Below, piece after piece: positions 40,049-50,870 of a stretch of 64,000 nt of DNA (within the stretch, counting starts at the first letter, position 1; the number at the start of each line of letters is the position of its first letter). The translations under genes and the position numbers were made by a program. The notes beneath the pieces are model-generated. The model did no database searches. It was not told the DNA's origin and worked only from the letters and a program-made list of their open reading frames with translations. The stretch comes from an uncultured delta proteobacterium. Its GTDB lineage: Bacteria > Desulfobacterota > Syntrophia > Syntrophales > Smithellaceae. Location: contig CAVWEH010000005.1 in NCBI GenBank assembly GCA_963753975.1, positions 32,001 through 96,000 on the forward strand, given 5' to 3'.

Positions 40049-40707
40049 ATTTTCCTCTTCGCAAAAATTAATGGTGCATCGTCGGTCTTAGAACTTACCT
40101 CATGCACAATATCGAATAGCTTGGCCAGTTTCCCCTGATCTTTTTTGCCGGGGGATTTTTCCACGCCGCTGTTAATATCCAGCGCATGAGGCGCAATTTT
40201 TTCCATTGCTTCTCTTATATTCTCCGCGTCTAAACCACCGGAAAGGATCAGCGGCTTTTTATTTTTGATGCGCGAGGCCAGATCCCAATTCGCTTTCTTG
40301 CCGGTGCCGCCGTAAAGACCGCGCTCTCGGCTGTCCACCAATATAGCTGCTGCATCGTAGCTCAAAGCATGATTCAAATCGTCGTCATTTTTTAGCTGAA
40401 CGGCTTTAATGACCTGCGCTGCCGGAAATTGAAAGCAGTACTCTGGCGATTCATTGCCGTGCAGCTGAACAAAATCAAGCCCGCAATATTTGACGACTCT
40501 TTTCACTTCTGCGGCATTCTCGTCGACAAAGACGCCGACCTTCGCTACCTCATCCGGCAGCATACTAACGATCTTGCGGGCATCCTCAGGTTTTATATAG
40601 CGCGGCGAGCGCAGATAAAAGATAAAACCCAGCGCAGCAGCACCTAATATAGCCGAGCAAAGAGCGTCCTCTTCATTGGTTATTCCACAAATTTTAATTT
40701 GTGTCAT
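40045..40707 (-). CDS. trpF: Phosphoribosylanthranilate isomerase
   Basis: KICGIT, SPRY, QLHGNE, GGTG and DINSGVE motifs. Confidence 0.95.
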   Translation of the reverse strand: MTQIKICGITNEEDALCSAILGAAALGFIFYLRSPRYIKPEDARKIVSMLPDEVAKVGVFVDENAAEVKRVVKYCGLDFVQLHGNESPEYCFQFPAAQVIKAVQLKNDDDLNHALSYDAAAILVDSRERGLYGGTGKKANWDLASRIKNKKPLILSGGLDAENIREAMEKIAPHALDINSGVEKSPGKKDQGKLAKLFDIVHEVSSKTDDAPLIFAKRKI

Positions 40708-41483
40708 TTCGGCTTTTTTCCTTTAAACGCATGCAGCTTTTCCCCTATATCCGCTGCTGTAATCAGCGCTTCACCGATCAAGAAAGCATGGATATTTGCC
40801 TGCAGCAAAAATTCTATGTCTGCTCTCGACATAATGCCGCTTTCGGCCACGACAATTTTGTGAGCGGGAATTTGCGCCCCAAGCTTGCGGCTGGTTTCTA
40901 TATCGGTAACGAACGTATCCAGGTTTCTGTTATTGATCCCGATTATCTGGGCACCGGCGGATAGGGCCGAATCCAGCTCCGCTTTCGTGTGCACTTCTAC
41001 AAGCGCACTTAATCCAATTTCCTTAGCCAATAACATAAAGTCCCGCAACTTGGCCCCTAAAACATGCGCAATCAATAAAACGGCATCAGCGCCGATGGTG
41101 CGCGTTTCATAAATCTGTATGGGATCAATTATAAAATCTTTCCGCAGGAGGGGCAGCCCGACTTCTTTTCTGATTTGGGTCAGATAATTTTTATGCCCGG
41201 CGAAATATTTTTCGTCGGTCAAAACAGATATAGCGGCAGCACCGTTTTTTTCATAAACGCGGGCAATTCTAACCGGATCGAAATCGTCAATGAACGTGCC
41301 CCGGGAAGGCGAGGCGCATTTCACTTCGGCTATGATCGCGCACTTCTTTGCGCTAAGCGCGCGGCGGAAATCCCGGCACGGCGGGAGCCCTGCAATTGCT
41401 TTTTCCAAAAGGGCTGCGTTCGTTTGCTTTTTTAGCTCCCGCACTTCGGTTTTCTTGGTTTTAATAATTTTGTCGAGAATCAT
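40704..41483 (-). CDS. trpC: Indole-3-glycerol phosphate synthase
   Basis: IIAEVK.ASPS, LRKDFI, GINNRNL and AESGI motifs. Confidence 0.95.
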   Translation of the reverse strand: MILDKIIKTKKTEVRELKKQTNAALLEKAIAGLPPCRDFRRALSAKKCAIIAEVKCASPSRGTFIDDFDPVRIARVYEKNGAAAISVLTDEKYFAGHKNYLTQIRKEVGLPLLRKDFIIDPIQIYETRTIGADAVLLIAHVLGAKLRDFMLLAKEIGLSALVEVHTKAELDSALSAGAQIIGINNRNLDTFVTDIETSRKLGAQIPAHKIVVAESGIMSRADIEFLLQANIHAFLIGEALITAADIGEKLHAFKGKKPK

Positions 41484-41492
41484 ATCTTCCTC

Positions 41493-41572
41493 ATCCCGCG
41501 TCGCTTCGCTCCTGGGATAATTCGACCAGCAAGCTTCAGCGCACTTTGTTTCTGAAGCTTGGGTCTCATTAA
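41493..41572. repeat. Modular palindromic repeat unit A between trpD and trpC
   Basis: GGGATAATTCGACCAGCAAGCTTCAG-CGCACTTTGTTT-CTGAAGCTTGGGTCTCATTAA. Its end overlaps the trpD TAA stop. Confidence 0.8.
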
Positions 41573-42579
41573 CTGTTGCTCATTTCAATTAGCGCTTGTA
41601 ATTTCTTTACCGCCGCGCCGCTGTCGATGCATTCGGCCGCAATCGCGATTCCTTCTTTTAAGTTTTCTGCCTTTTCTCCGGCAACGATCGCCAAAGCAGC
41701 GTTCAGCAAAACAATGTTGCGGCAAGCGCCGTTTTTCCCGGAAAGAACATCTCTGGCAATCCGGGCATTCAGGGCCGGATCGCCGCCACGAATGGCTTCC
41801 AGCGGATCAATTCTCCCAAAATAGTCCGTCGGATTAATGTTGTAGGTTCGAATAATTCCGTCTTTTAGTTCCGCCACGCGTGTTTCGCTGCTTATCGTGA
41901 CTTCGTCCAAGCCATCCAAGCCATGAACAATGAAAGCTCTTTTCGTACCCATATTTTTCAACACATCGGCGAACATCTCGGCGAGTTTCGTATCATAAAC
42001 GCCCAGAAGCTGCGCGGTTGCTCCGGCCGGATTAGTGAGCGGCCCCAGCATATTAAATATGGTGCGAATACCGATTTCGCGCCGCGGGCCAATGGCGTAT
42101 TTCATCGCGCCGTGGAGTTTCGGCGCAAAAAGAAAGCCGATGCCGATTTGTTGTAGGCATTCTTCGACAATTTCCTGAGGCGCGCTGATATTAACGCCTA
42201 AGGCTTCCAGAACATCGGCACTGCCGCAGCCGCTGGATACGGCACGATTGCCGTGCTTGGCCACAACAATTCCCGCCGCTGCAGCAACGAAAGCTGTCGT
42301 CGTCGATATATTGAAGGTATTTAGGGAATCGCCCCCCGTGCCGCAGGTATCCAAGATCGTGGTCGCGCAGGCATTCACCCGCGTTGCTTTCTGGCGCATG
42401 ATGCGCGCCGCGCCGGTCACTTCCTCCACAGTTTCGCCTTTCATCCGCAATGCTGTAATCAAAGCGGCAATTTGTGCGGGAGTAGCGCTGCCTTCCATAA
42501 TTTCTTCCATCGCCGCCATCATTTCTGCTTCGCGTAGATCGATTTTTTTAACGGCTTTTTCAATCGCTTCTTTGATCAT
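41569..42579 (-). CDS. trpD: Anthranilate phosphoribosyltransferase
   Basis: [13 protein letters not shown] and GSADVLE motifs. Start MIKEAI at 42579 overlaps the trpG stop (ATGA). Confidence 0.95.
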   Translation of the reverse strand: MIKEAIEKAVKKIDLREAEMMAAMEEIMEGSATPAQIAALITALRMKGETVEEVTGAARIMRQKATRVNACATTILDTCGTGGDSLNTFNISTTTAFVAAAAGIVVAKHGNRAVSSGCGSADVLEALGVNISAPQEIVEECLQQIGIGFLFAPKLHGAMKYAIGPRREIGIRTIFNMLGPLTNPAGATAQLLGVYDTKLAEMFADVLKNMGTKRAFIVHGLDGLDEVTISSETRVAELKDGIIRTYNINPTDYFGRIDPLEAIRGGDPALNARIARDVLSGKNGACRNIVLLNAALAIVAGEKAENLKEGIAIAAECIDSGAAVKKLQALIEMSNS

Positions 42580-43163
42580 GAGAGAGGCTCCTTTCCTCCC
42601 GTATATTTTAAAAAGTTTCTGATGATGCGTTTGCCCTGCGGCGTCAAGACGGATTCCGGATGGAACTGGATGCCCTCCACCGGATATTCTCTGTGTCTGA
42701 GTCCCATAATTTCGCCTTCGGCGGTTTCGGCGCTGATTTCGAGGCAATCGGGCAGGGACTCCCGTTTGACCAAGAGCGAATGATAACGTCCCGCAGAGAA
42801 AGGATTGGGCAAGCCAACAAAAATTGTTTTGCCGTCGTTGATTATCGGCGATGTTTTTCCGTGCATGATGCGCGAAGCGCGGATTATTTCACCGCCGAAG
42901 GCATAGCCGATGGATTGATGCCCCAGACATATTCCCATAATCGGCACGTTTTTGTAAAATTCGCGGATAATATCCACGGTAAGTCCCGCCTCGCAAGGCG
43001 TGCAGGGACCCGGTGATATAAATATGCTTTGCGGCTTCAGTCTCTTTACTTCTTCGATTTCTATCCGGTCATTGCGGCGCACCTGGACATCTTCGCCCAT
43101 TTGTCCCAGATACTGCACAATATTAAATGTAAAAGAATCGTAATTATCAATCATTAAGATCAT
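42576..43163 (-). CDS. trpG: Anthranilate synthase component II (glutamine amidotransferase)
   Basis: [24 protein letters not shown] and QFHPES motifs. Confidence 0.95.
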   Translation of the reverse strand: MILMIDNYDSFTFNIVQYLGQMGEDVQVRRNDRIEIEEVKRLKPQSIFISPGPCTPCEAGLTVDIIREFYKNVPIMGICLGHQSIGYAFGGEIIRASRIMHGKTSPIINDGKTIFVGLPNPFSAGRYHSLLVKRESLPDCLEISAETAEGEIMGLRHREYPVEGIQFHPESVLTPQGKRIIRNFLKYTGGKEPLS

Positions 43164-43166
43164 GCT

Positions 43167-44672
43167 TTATTCCTCCCGCTTGCCGTTCTCTAGAACAAAG
43201 CCGCCCGCCGCGAGCCTCACGGCCTGCTGCATCCCGCTGGCTTTATTGAGCGATTCCTGATGTTCTGACTCAGGATTGGAATCGTAAACAATGCCCGCTC
43301 CTGCCTGTACGTAAATTTTGCCGCCTTTTAAAACCATCGTCCGGATCGTAATACAGAAATCCATATTCCCGCTGAAGCTGAAATAGCCGACGGCTCCGCC
43401 ATAGGGTCCTCTTTTTACCTTCTCCAGTTCGCTGATAATTTCCATCGCGCGGATCTTGGGAGCCCCGGTCAATGTTCCGGCCGGAAAGGTTGCGGCCAGA
43501 ACGTCGAACGCATCTTTGCCTTTGGCCAATTGCGCGCGTACATTCGATACTAGGTGCATCACGTGCGAGTATTTTTCCACGACCATGTATTGATTAACCT
43601 GCACACTGCCAGTCTCGGCAACGCGCCCCAAGTCATTCCTCCCCAGATCGACCAGCATTACGTGCTCCGCCCGTTCCTTTTCGTCAGAGAGCAGCTCATC
43701 GGACAGGGCACGATCCTCCTGCTCTGTTTTTCCTCTTCTTCTTGTTCCGGCAATGGGCCGCAACTCCATCGTATCTTCCTCCTTGCGTACCATTACTTCC
43801 GGTGACGAGCCGATGAGCGTCAGATCGGCGAGCTTTAGAAAGAACAGGTAAGGCGAGGGATTGACAAAACGCAGCGCCCGGTAGAGATCAATGAGATTGC
43901 TGCGGCAATCGGTCTCGAAACGCTGCGAGAGCACAACCTGGATTACATCTCCGGCAACGATGTATTCTTTGGCCTTCTCAATTACAGCTTTGTATTCATC
44001 AGGGGCCATATTAGAAACAAAATTCACTTCACTACGCGCGGCGGATATTATTGACTTGTGCGCTGATGCCGCCCCGATTGTCTCAATCATCCCTTCGATT
44101 TTCCGGCACGAAGCGGCATAACTTTCCTCCAGCGAAACCGTTCCTTCCATGAAGGCGCAGGCGACGACTTTGATTGTATGGCGCACATTATCAAAAATCA
44201 TGATCGAATCGCTGACCATAAAAATAGCTTCATCCAGATTCAGATCATCCGGGGGGCTGGGCGGGAGTTTTTCGAAGTACCGCACCATCTCATAGCCCAG
44301 GTAGCCCACAGCGCCGCCGTAAAACCGAGGCAAGCCTGGGATGGCAACGGGCTTATATCGATCAAGCAAAGCACGCAGCAAACTAAGCGGATTACCTTTA
44401 TGATTGCGGGCCGTGATTCTACCCTTCTCCTCGATCATGACGTTATCGCCATGAACTCTAAAGACAACTCCGGCATCCGTCCCCAAAAAAGAATACCGGC
44501 CCCATTTCTCGCCTCCTTCAACACTTTCCAGAAGATAAACATGGTCTTTATTTTGAAGTTTCATTAAAACGGAAACCGGTGTTTCCACATCGGCTAATAT
44601 TTCCCGATAAACCGGAATCAGGTTTCCGCTTTGCGCCAACTTTTCAAACTCGGCGAAACTGGGCTTATACAT
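43167..44672 (-). CDS. trpE: Anthranilate synthase component I
   Basis: LLESVEGG, NPSPY, EHVMLVDLGRND and FPAGTLTGAPK motifs. Start MYKPS at 44672 after AAGGAG. Confidence 0.95.
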   Translation of the reverse strand: MYKPSFAEFEKLAQSGNLIPVYREILADVETPVSVLMKLQNKDHVYLLESVEGGEKWGRYSFLGTDAGVVFRVHGDNVMIEEKGRITARNHKGNPLSLLRALLDRYKPVAIPGLPRFYGGAVGYLGYEMVRYFEKLPPSPPDDLNLDEAIFMVSDSIMIFDNVRHTIKVVACAFMEGTVSLEESYAASCRKIEGMIETIGAASAHKSIISAARSEVNFVSNMAPDEYKAVIEKAKEYIVAGDVIQVVLSQRFETDCRSNLIDLYRALRFVNPSPYLFFLKLADLTLIGSSPEVMVRKEEDTMELRPIAGTRRRGKTEQEDRALSDELLSDEKERAEHVMLVDLGRNDLGRVAETGSVQVNQYMVVEKYSHVMHLVSNVRAQLAKGKDAFDVLAATFPAGTLTGAPKIRAMEIISELEKVKRGPYGGAVGYFSFSGNMDFCITIRTMVLKGGKIYVQAGAGIVYDSNPESEHQESLNKASGMQQAVRLAAGGFVLENGKREE

Positions 44673-44690
44673 AATCTTCTCCTTGACCCC

Positions 44691-44929
44691 ATCCCCTGCC
44701 TGCGGCGGGGATAATTCGGCTAACAAGTTTCAGTGCACTCTGTTTCTGAAACTTGGGCCTCATTAACCACGGACGTGTCGTCCTCCGCTTTGCGGGGTCG
44801 TTCAACTATCCAATTCCGCTGTGCTTCGCTTTCGGAATTGGAGTTTCACATCCCTCATCGCTTTGCTCCTAGGATAATTCCACTTGCGCTTCAAACTTCG
44901 CTGGGCTCGTTTTCAGCGAGTGTCATTAA
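44691..44929. repeat. Cluster of modular palindromic repeats in the trpE leader
   Basis: Unit A (44691-44766), a GAATTGGAGTTTCAC unit (~44809-44849) and unit B GGATAATTCCACTTGCGCTTC...CAGCGAGTGTCATT (44872-44929). Confidence 0.75.
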
Positions 44930-44960
44930 AAAAGGCCGTGATTTTTTATCACGGCCTTTA
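44928..44960 (-). terminator. Second terminator-like hairpin in the trp leader
   Basis: AAAGGCCGTGA-TTTTTTA-TCACGGCCTTT with a U-tract on the minus strand. Confidence 0.6.
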
Positions 44961-44969
44961 GATATTGCT

Positions 44970-45013
44970 AAAAATAAAAAAGCCGTGAAGACCCAAGAGG
45001 TTCTCCACGGCTT
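44970..45013 (-). terminator. trp attenuator terminator
   Basis: Minus strand AAGCCGTGGAGA...TCTTCACGGCTT-TTTTATTTTT, just downstream of the leader peptide. Confidence 0.8.
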
Positions 45014-45032
45014 CGATTTCAATTAAAAAAGA

Positions 45033-45110
45033 TCAGCGGCGGATAAGCCTCCCTGTGAGGTTCCACCACCACCAGTTATTAAGAGATAATACTCTCGCTG
45101 CTTCTTGCAT
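45033..45110 (-). CDS. trpL: trp operon leader peptide MQEAARVLSLNNWWWWNLTGRLIRR
   Basis: Four tandem TGG codons in a 25-aa ORF upstream of trpE, followed by a terminator. Confidence 0.88.
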   Translation of the reverse strand: MQEAARVLSLNNWWWWNLTGRLIRR

Positions 45111-45310
45111 AACGCGTCTTCTTTCACTTTCCTGCATTTAGAAACCGTATAGCAACAAGAAAATTATATGTCAACACTTTTTTCATCAAAAAATATAAAA
45201 CGGCAACTAAGTAAGAATATTTAAAATTATTTTCTAATCCCGCTTGACACCAGCTTAATTCTTTCGCTATAAGCTTGGAACAAGTATTGGCATATTATAA
45301 TGTGGGATTT

Positions 45311-46756
45311 ATGGAATTACTTAATGCGGCTCTCGCCTTCATCAAAAGCATCAGATTGCAGGATATCCTTGATATCGCCATAATTGCCCTGATGATCTTT
45401 GCTCTCTTGACCTGGTTTAAAACAAGAGCGTCCCGCTTCGTGCTCATCGGCATATTGCTTCTGGGCGTTGTATATATTGCCGCCCGCTTCTTTCAGCTCT
45501 ATCTCACCACTATAGTTTTACAATCTTTCTTTGCCATTGTGCTTTTTGTTTTAGTAGTCATTTTTCAAGAAGACTTACGCGGATTTTTCGAAAGACTGGC
45601 CCTGCTGGGGAATATAGGGAAAAAATATCTGCCGCTTTCCGAACTGGAAAGAACAGCGGAAATAATTGCGCAAACGGCTGCAGATTTGGCTAAAAAACAT
45701 GTCGGCGCTTTAATTGTCCTGCAGGGCAATGATCCTCTGGAAAGACATGTCACCGGCGGCACTCGTTTAGACGGCCTGGTTAGTGAACCTCTGCTGGAAA
45801 GCATCTTTGACCCCCATTCCATCGGCCATGACGGAGCGGCCATAATTGCCGGTAATCGCATTAAAATGTTCGGTTGTCATCTGCCTCTTTGCATTCATAC
45901 ATCGAAATACGGGAATATCGGGTTGCGCCATACGGCGGCACTTGGCCTTGCGGAGCGATCGGATGCACTTTGCATTGTAGTTTCTGAGGAAACAGGAACA
46001 ATATCGATGGCTTATCAAGAGACCCTTGTTAAGATTAATAATGCTGCCGCCCTGCACAGGGTATTGGAGCAATTTTATATGCGCAATACACCGAAGAAAA
46101 CATCAAATCCTTCAGTTGCTTGGCTTAAAGAAAATACAAAGGAAAAAATTATCGCTCTGGGTATGGCTTGTATTTTATGGATTGCGTTCGGTTATCAGAG
46201 GGAAATTGTTCGCCGTGATTTCATCATTCCCATCGAATATAAAAACGTTCCGCAAAATTGGCACATTGATGAACCACGATTAACTGAAGCCAAAGTAATT
46301 CTTCAGGGACCGCAGCAAGCTTTTTATCTCCTAGATGAACGTTCACTTAAATTGTCTCTGGACTTATCCCCTGTAGCTGAAAAAAAACATGAATTTGTCC
46401 TGGCCAAGGACATGGTCAATGCGCCGTCCAATTTATCAGTTACGGAAATAAGACCGTCGACAATTTATATTTATGCCACTAAACTTATTTCCCGGACTTT
46501 ATCTGTAAAAATCATTACGCAAAATTCTTTGCCGAAAAGCCTTTCCCTGCAAAGGATTAGCGTAACCCCGGCCAGAGTTCGGGTTTTGATAGATCCTCGA
46601 GTTAATCCGGAAAAAATAGAAATTGAGACGGAACCGATTGATCTGCAAAAAATATTCTTTACAACGGCGCTCGACACAAAAATTGTTCTTCCCGCCGGCG
46701 TTTATTTCCCGGAGGGAAAATCGCAAAACACACGCGTAATTATACGGGTGAAGTAA
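45311..46756 (+). CDS. Diadenylate cyclase (CdaA-type DAC) fused to YbbR/CdaR-like domains
   Basis: Three N-terminal TM helices, FQEDLR, HDGA, GLRHTAA and VSEETG motifs, then another TM helix and YbbR-like repeats. Confidence 0.85.
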   Translation: MELLNAALAFIKSIRLQDILDIAIIALMIFALLTWFKTRASRFVLIGILLLGVVYIAARFFQLYLTTIVLQSFFAIVLFVLVVIFQEDLRGFFERLALLGNIGKKYLPLSELERTAEIIAQTAADLAKKHVGALIVLQGNDPLERHVTGGTRLDGLVSEPLLESIFDPHSIGHDGAAIIAGNRIKMFGCHLPLCIHTSKYGNIGLRHTAALGLAERSDALCIVVSEETGTISMAYQETLVKINNAAALHRVLEQFYMRNTPKKTSNPSVAWLKENTKEKIIALGMACILWIAFGYQREIVRRDFIIPIEYKNVPQNWHIDEPRLTEAKVILQGPQQAFYLLDERSLKLSLDLSPVAEKKHEFVLAKDMVNAPSNLSVTEIRPSTIYIYATKLISRTLSVKIITQNSLPKSLSLQRISVTPARVRVLIDPRVNPEKIEIETEPIDLQKIFFTTALDTKIVLPAGVYFPEGKSQNTRVIIRVK

Positions 46757-46851
46757 AGCCACGGCGTAATGGATATGACTGCTGCAAATTTATTGCATTA
46801 GATAGCAAAATATGATGAAATCAGGATTACAAAATTCAGGAGGCATTCGAT

Positions 46852-47331
46852 ATGAGTGTTTTTGAAGCAAGCGATATAGTTGAAATTGCCATCAGGATTG
46901 AAGAAAACGGCATTAACTTTTATAAATTTGCCGAACAAATCACCAAACAGGGAGAAGCAAAAAACCTTTTTGCCCATCTGGCAGAAGAGGAAATAAAACA
47001 TAAACGAATTTTCGAAGGCATTTTTGCGCAGATGGAAAAATACAATCCACCGGAGAGCTATGCGGGAGAATATAGCGCTTATTTGCGCGCTTATGTGGAT
47101 AATAATGTAATCTTCACTAAAAAATCCATGGACAAAGAACTGTCCAAGGTGACCGATACCTTGGCCGCTTTCGATTTTGCCATCAAACGCGAGTTGGATT
47201 CAATCCTCTATTATCATGAAATCAAGAAATTGGTGCCGGCAACTCAGCATGCAACACTTGATCAGATCATTAATGAGGAAAGGAAACATTTTACGTTACT
47301 TACAGAAATGAAAAAACGCTTCATGAAATAA
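46852..47331 (+). CDS. Rubrerythrin/ferritin-like diiron protein
   Basis: E..G..FY, EE.KH, E.DS..YY and EE.KH ligand pattern. Confidence 0.88.
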   Translation: MSVFEASDIVEIAIRIEENGINFYKFAEQITKQGEAKNLFAHLAEEEIKHKRIFEGIFAQMEKYNPPESYAGEYSAYLRAYVDNNVIFTKKSMDKELSKVTDTLAAFDFAIKRELDSILYYHEIKKLVPATQHATLDQIINEERKHFTLLTEMKKRFMK

Positions 47332-47405
47332 TGATCACCTATACTCGTTACTATATTGAATTTCTTTTTTTGGTTTTTTTCTGTCCAAGTTAGAAAGCGC
47401 ATCAA

Positions 47406-48767
47406 TTAGTTCTTTAAGCCGTATTTTTTCAATTTATAACGCAACATGCGTTCCGACATACCTAAAATCTCGGCGGCTTTTGTCTGGTTATCTTGAGCCT
47501 TTCCCATTGACTCGGCAATCAGCCGTTTTTCCAGTTCCTCCACGGATTCCCGCAAAAGGCTGGGTGCTTTCTTGCCCGAATCGCGGGGAGATAATGCCGA
47601 TTTAAAGGGTAAGTCTTCCGTTGTAATGTATTCATCACGCGCAATGACTACTGCCCTCTCCAGAATATTGACCAGCTCGCGCACGTTTCCCGGATAATCA
47701 TATTTCAAAAGTGAGTCCCGCGCTTCGGCGGTTAAACCTCGAATATTTTTCCTATTTTCTCTGGCAAATTTATCAATGAAATGATCGATTAAAATAGGCA
47801 GATCATCCTTTCTCTCCCGCAGAGGGGGAAGCGACATGGTCACAACTTTCAACCTATAGAAAAGATCCTCACGAAAAGTTCCTTCCTTGACTTGAATTTC
47901 CAAATCGCGGTTTGTTGCGCTGATTACCCGAACATCAACGTGAATGTCAATATTACTGCCTAAACGCTGAAATTCGCGTTCCTGTAAAAACCGCAGAAGT
48001 TTAACCTGCACCGTCGGGGGTAACTCTCCTATTTCGTCGAGGAAAAGTGTTCCGCCGTCGGCTTCTTCAAACCGGCCGATCCGGCGGGAAGTAGCACCGG
48101 TAAAAGCACCTTTTTCATGACCGAACAATTCGCTTTCCAATAAATTTTCATGCAGGGCTACACAATTAACAACGATGATCGGTTTATTCGCCCGGGAACT
48201 TAATTGGTGAATCAGCCGAGCCAAGAGCTCTTTCCCCGTTCCGCTTTCCCCTTGAAGCAGAACAGACGCCTTGCTCGCGGCAATACGCCCCGCCATATTA
48301 ATCACTTCCGCCATCCGCGGACTTTTGTAAACTATTTTATCGGCAGTGACACCCTTTTTGCCTAATTCCTCCCTTAAAAGCTCATTTTCCTTGATGAGTT
48401 GTCTTCTTTCTGCCGCCCGATTGACCAGTATTAATAATTCGTCGAGTTCCACCGGCTTAGTGATGTAGTCTATTGCTCCTACTTTTATGGCTTCGACTGC
48501 CGTTTCTATTGTGCCGTAAGCGGTAATGATAACCACATCTATTTCGGGATTAATGCGCTTTATTTCTTTCAGTACCTCCAGTCCATCCATACCGGGCATT
48601 TTGTAATCCAGGAGGATTAAGTCAAAATGATCGTTCATGACCATTTTGAGAGCTTTCTTGCCGTTTTCCGCTTCCGCTACAACGTGACCTTCGGAAAGCA
48701 AAAAATCACGCAGCATTTCCCTCTGGGATTGACCATCTTCGACAATAAGAATGCTTACTTTTTGCAT
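47406..48767 (-). CDS. Sigma54-dependent response regulator (NtrC family)
   Basis: REC domain, [14 protein letters not shown] and C-terminal Fis-type HTH. Confidence 0.95.
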   Translation of the reverse strand: MQKVSILIVEDGQSQREMLRDFLLSEGHVVAEAENGKKALKMVMNDHFDLILLDYKMPGMDGLEVLKEIKRINPEIDVVIITAYGTIETAVEAIKVGAIDYITKPVELDELLILVNRAAERRQLIKENELLREELGKKGVTADKIVYKSPRMAEVINMAGRIAASKASVLLQGESGTGKELLARLIHQLSSRANKPIIVVNCVALHENLLESELFGHEKGAFTGATSRRIGRFEEADGGTLFLDEIGELPPTVQVKLLRFLQEREFQRLGSNIDIHVDVRVISATNRDLEIQVKEGTFREDLFYRLKVVTMSLPPLRERKDDLPILIDHFIDKFARENRKNIRGLTAEARDSLLKYDYPGNVRELVNILERAVVIARDEYITTEDLPFKSALSPRDSGKKAPSLLRESVEELEKRLIAESMGKAQDNQTKAAEILGMSERMLRYKLKKYGLKN

Positions 48768-48786
48768 GGGTAACTGTCTTCCATAT

Positions 48787-50571
48787 TTACAGCTTTTCGC
48801 TCAATCTTTCACAAGGTAAAACAACTTCAAATGTTGTTCCTTCATCCTTCCGGCTGATCACCCTTACATCTCCCCCGTGGCCGCGGATGATCTCACTGGC
48901 CAAAGGTATACCTAACCCCAAACCTTTTTCTTTTGTCGTGTATTCCGGGTTAAAAATCCTTTCGATTTCCTCAGCTGTCATGCCGCAACCCGTATCCGCA
49001 ATACTTACGACTATATAATTTTTCCCTTCTTTATCCACTGTTATGGAAATTTTACCTTCCGCAGGCATTGATTCCATGGCATTTTTGACCAGGTTGAGAA
49101 ATGCTTGTTGCAATTTATTTATATCTATCGGAATTATTGCCGGAGTCAGTCGCCATTTTGTTTCAATAGTAATACCGCGAGCCGAAGCCTCCTCTCGAAT
49201 GAGACTGACAATCTTTTGTAAAATTTCCGTTATTGAAAAATCACGTAGTTCCAATCTGCGGCTCTTGGAAAAAGAAAGAAACTCTTCAATGATTCCGTTA
49301 AGACGCTTAATTTCGTCTCTGATAACACCGGAAAGATTTTGAAAATCTTCGGCTTTACTTGAATCCACTGGAATGAAATCCCTCTTTAACCTCTGCGTGG
49401 CCATACTTATAGCATTTAAGGGGTTGCGAATTTCATGCGCCACACCAGCAGCCAACTGCCCCAGGGAGGAAAGCCTTTCTGCTTTCTCCAGCCGTCTTTC
49501 TATCTCAATAATCCCGGCCAGGTGGCGATTCTGATCATTATAAAGCAGCCACATAGATAATAAGGCAATGATGACAATAAAAAACATGAAGATAAAAATA
49601 TTTTGACGGTTTTCGGCAATGATTTTATCCATAGATCCCCGGTCGAGACCAATTCTCACTATACCGACAACTTTTTTATCTAAAGATAATGGCGCGGCCA
49701 GATCCAAAATTTTATCTTCGCCGGAATTTATTTTCGTGCTGACAATTTTTATATTGCCTGTTAATATTTCCTTAAAATTGAAATCATCATTTTTTAAATC
49801 TTGCATCGGCCGGCCGACACTGCTGAGCAGTTTTTTCTGATCATTGATAATTTGCATGTAAACTATTCCATGACCTTCGCCGATTTTCTTTATTCCCTTT
49901 TCCACGGCAACTTTCAGGCTCCAATAGATTAATCCTTTTTTATCCAGGTTTATAACCACTGTACCGCTGTTATCCTTACGCCTCAGGGCAACAAAGCCAA
50001 TTCCTTGTTTTGCGCGAATTTTTTCCATTACTTCAATAGTCGTTAAATTCCGGTTGCCTTTTTTTAGTTCTCTTGGATCAAGCATATCGGTCTGTAAAGG
50101 ACCGCTTTCATATATTGCGTTTCCCTGTGGATTCAAGACGGCCAAATACCAAAAATTATTATCCGCAGCAAATTTCTTTAGATAATCATCGTTTACTTTA
50201 CCCTTTTTCCATTGTTGGTCTAATTTTCTCCCCATTTCTGTAATTGCTTCAATAACCCATTTTTTGGAATAGACAGCTTCTTCCTGACGAGAATCATTCA
50301 AATTCGAACCTGCTTTTTCGGGTGTCGCTATTATACTTTTAAAATTTTCTTCCGTTAACCGCTGCAGAACGCTGATTGTACTTAGAGCCTGATCTTCCAT
50401 AAAACCCACGAGGTTTGTTTCACTTCTTCTAAGATCCAGTAACCCCATAATCAAGATTAAGGCTACCAAAACAGCGCTGACGATGCCCACAGCTAAAGGT
50501 TGGAGAAACGTACCATTGTATCTGCGAGCTTTTCGCTCAACAATTAATTCTTTTTTTGTGAAAAAACGCAT
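48787..50571 (-). CDS. Membrane sensor histidine kinase
   Basis: Two TM helices, AAGVAHEIRNPL, NLVKNA and DTGCG/GLGLG boxes. Confidence 0.93.
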   Translation of the reverse strand: MRFFTKKELIVERKARRYNGTFLQPLAVGIVSAVLVALILIMGLLDLRRSETNLVGFMEDQALSTISVLQRLTEENFKSIIATPEKAGSNLNDSRQEEAVYSKKWVIEAITEMGRKLDQQWKKGKVNDDYLKKFAADNNFWYLAVLNPQGNAIYESGPLQTDMLDPRELKKGNRNLTTIEVMEKIRAKQGIGFVALRRKDNSGTVVINLDKKGLIYWSLKVAVEKGIKKIGEGHGIVYMQIINDQKKLLSSVGRPMQDLKNDDFNFKEILTGNIKIVSTKINSGEDKILDLAAPLSLDKKVVGIVRIGLDRGSMDKIIAENRQNIFIFMFFIVIIALLSMWLLYNDQNRHLAGIIEIERRLEKAERLSSLGQLAAGVAHEIRNPLNAISMATQRLKRDFIPVDSSKAEDFQNLSGVIRDEIKRLNGIIEEFLSFSKSRRLELRDFSITEILQKIVSLIREEASARGITIETKWRLTPAIIPIDINKLQQAFLNLVKNAMESMPAEGKISITVDKEGKNYIVVSIADTGCGMTAEEIERIFNPEYTTKEKGLGLGIPLASEIIRGHGGDVRVISRKDEGTTFEVVLPCERLSEKL

Positions 50572-50648
50572 TTTTATCCTTACTATCTCATTTTGCCGGT
50601 CATCTTAAGCCATTCAAGAGAAAAGTCAACGGCTAATCCCAGAAACAA

Positions 50649-50664
50649 TCGACATTTTTGTCGA
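50649..50664. promoter_or_regulatory. Palindromic candidate enhancer (UAS) for the NtrC-type regulator
   Basis: TCGACA-TTTT-TGTCGA. An imperfect second copy TCGACATTTATTGCCGA lies at 50740-50756. Confidence 0.55.
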
Positions 50665-50843
50665 AGGCAGGGTAAATATCACATATAATGCTTACAAGTT
50701 TGTATTTATTATGTATTTTAAATTTAGCGAGTACATCTTTCGACATTTATTGCCGATAATATAAACGGTTTACTTATTCCAAAAAGGCTAGATTATAAGT
50801 TATTTATCAATTATTACAAGAGGTTAAAATAACTAGCCCAATT

Positions 50844-50860
50844 CCGGCACGATAAATGCT
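50844..50860 (+). promoter_or_regulatory. Sigma54 (-24/-12) promoter
   Basis: CCGGCACGATAAATGCT: GG (50846-47), 10 nt, GC (50858-59). Confidence 0.7.
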
Positions 50861-50870
50861 TTAGTCAGGT

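Noticed and set aside
42580..42747. N-terminal extension of TrpD in the ORF track
   Set aside because: It overlaps trpG. The ATGA-coupled start at 42579 is more plausible.
44673..44726. N-terminal extension of TrpE (MLAELSPPQAGD...) in the ORF track
   Set aside because: It is read through a repeat unit. The RBS and ATG at 44672 give a normal TrpE start.
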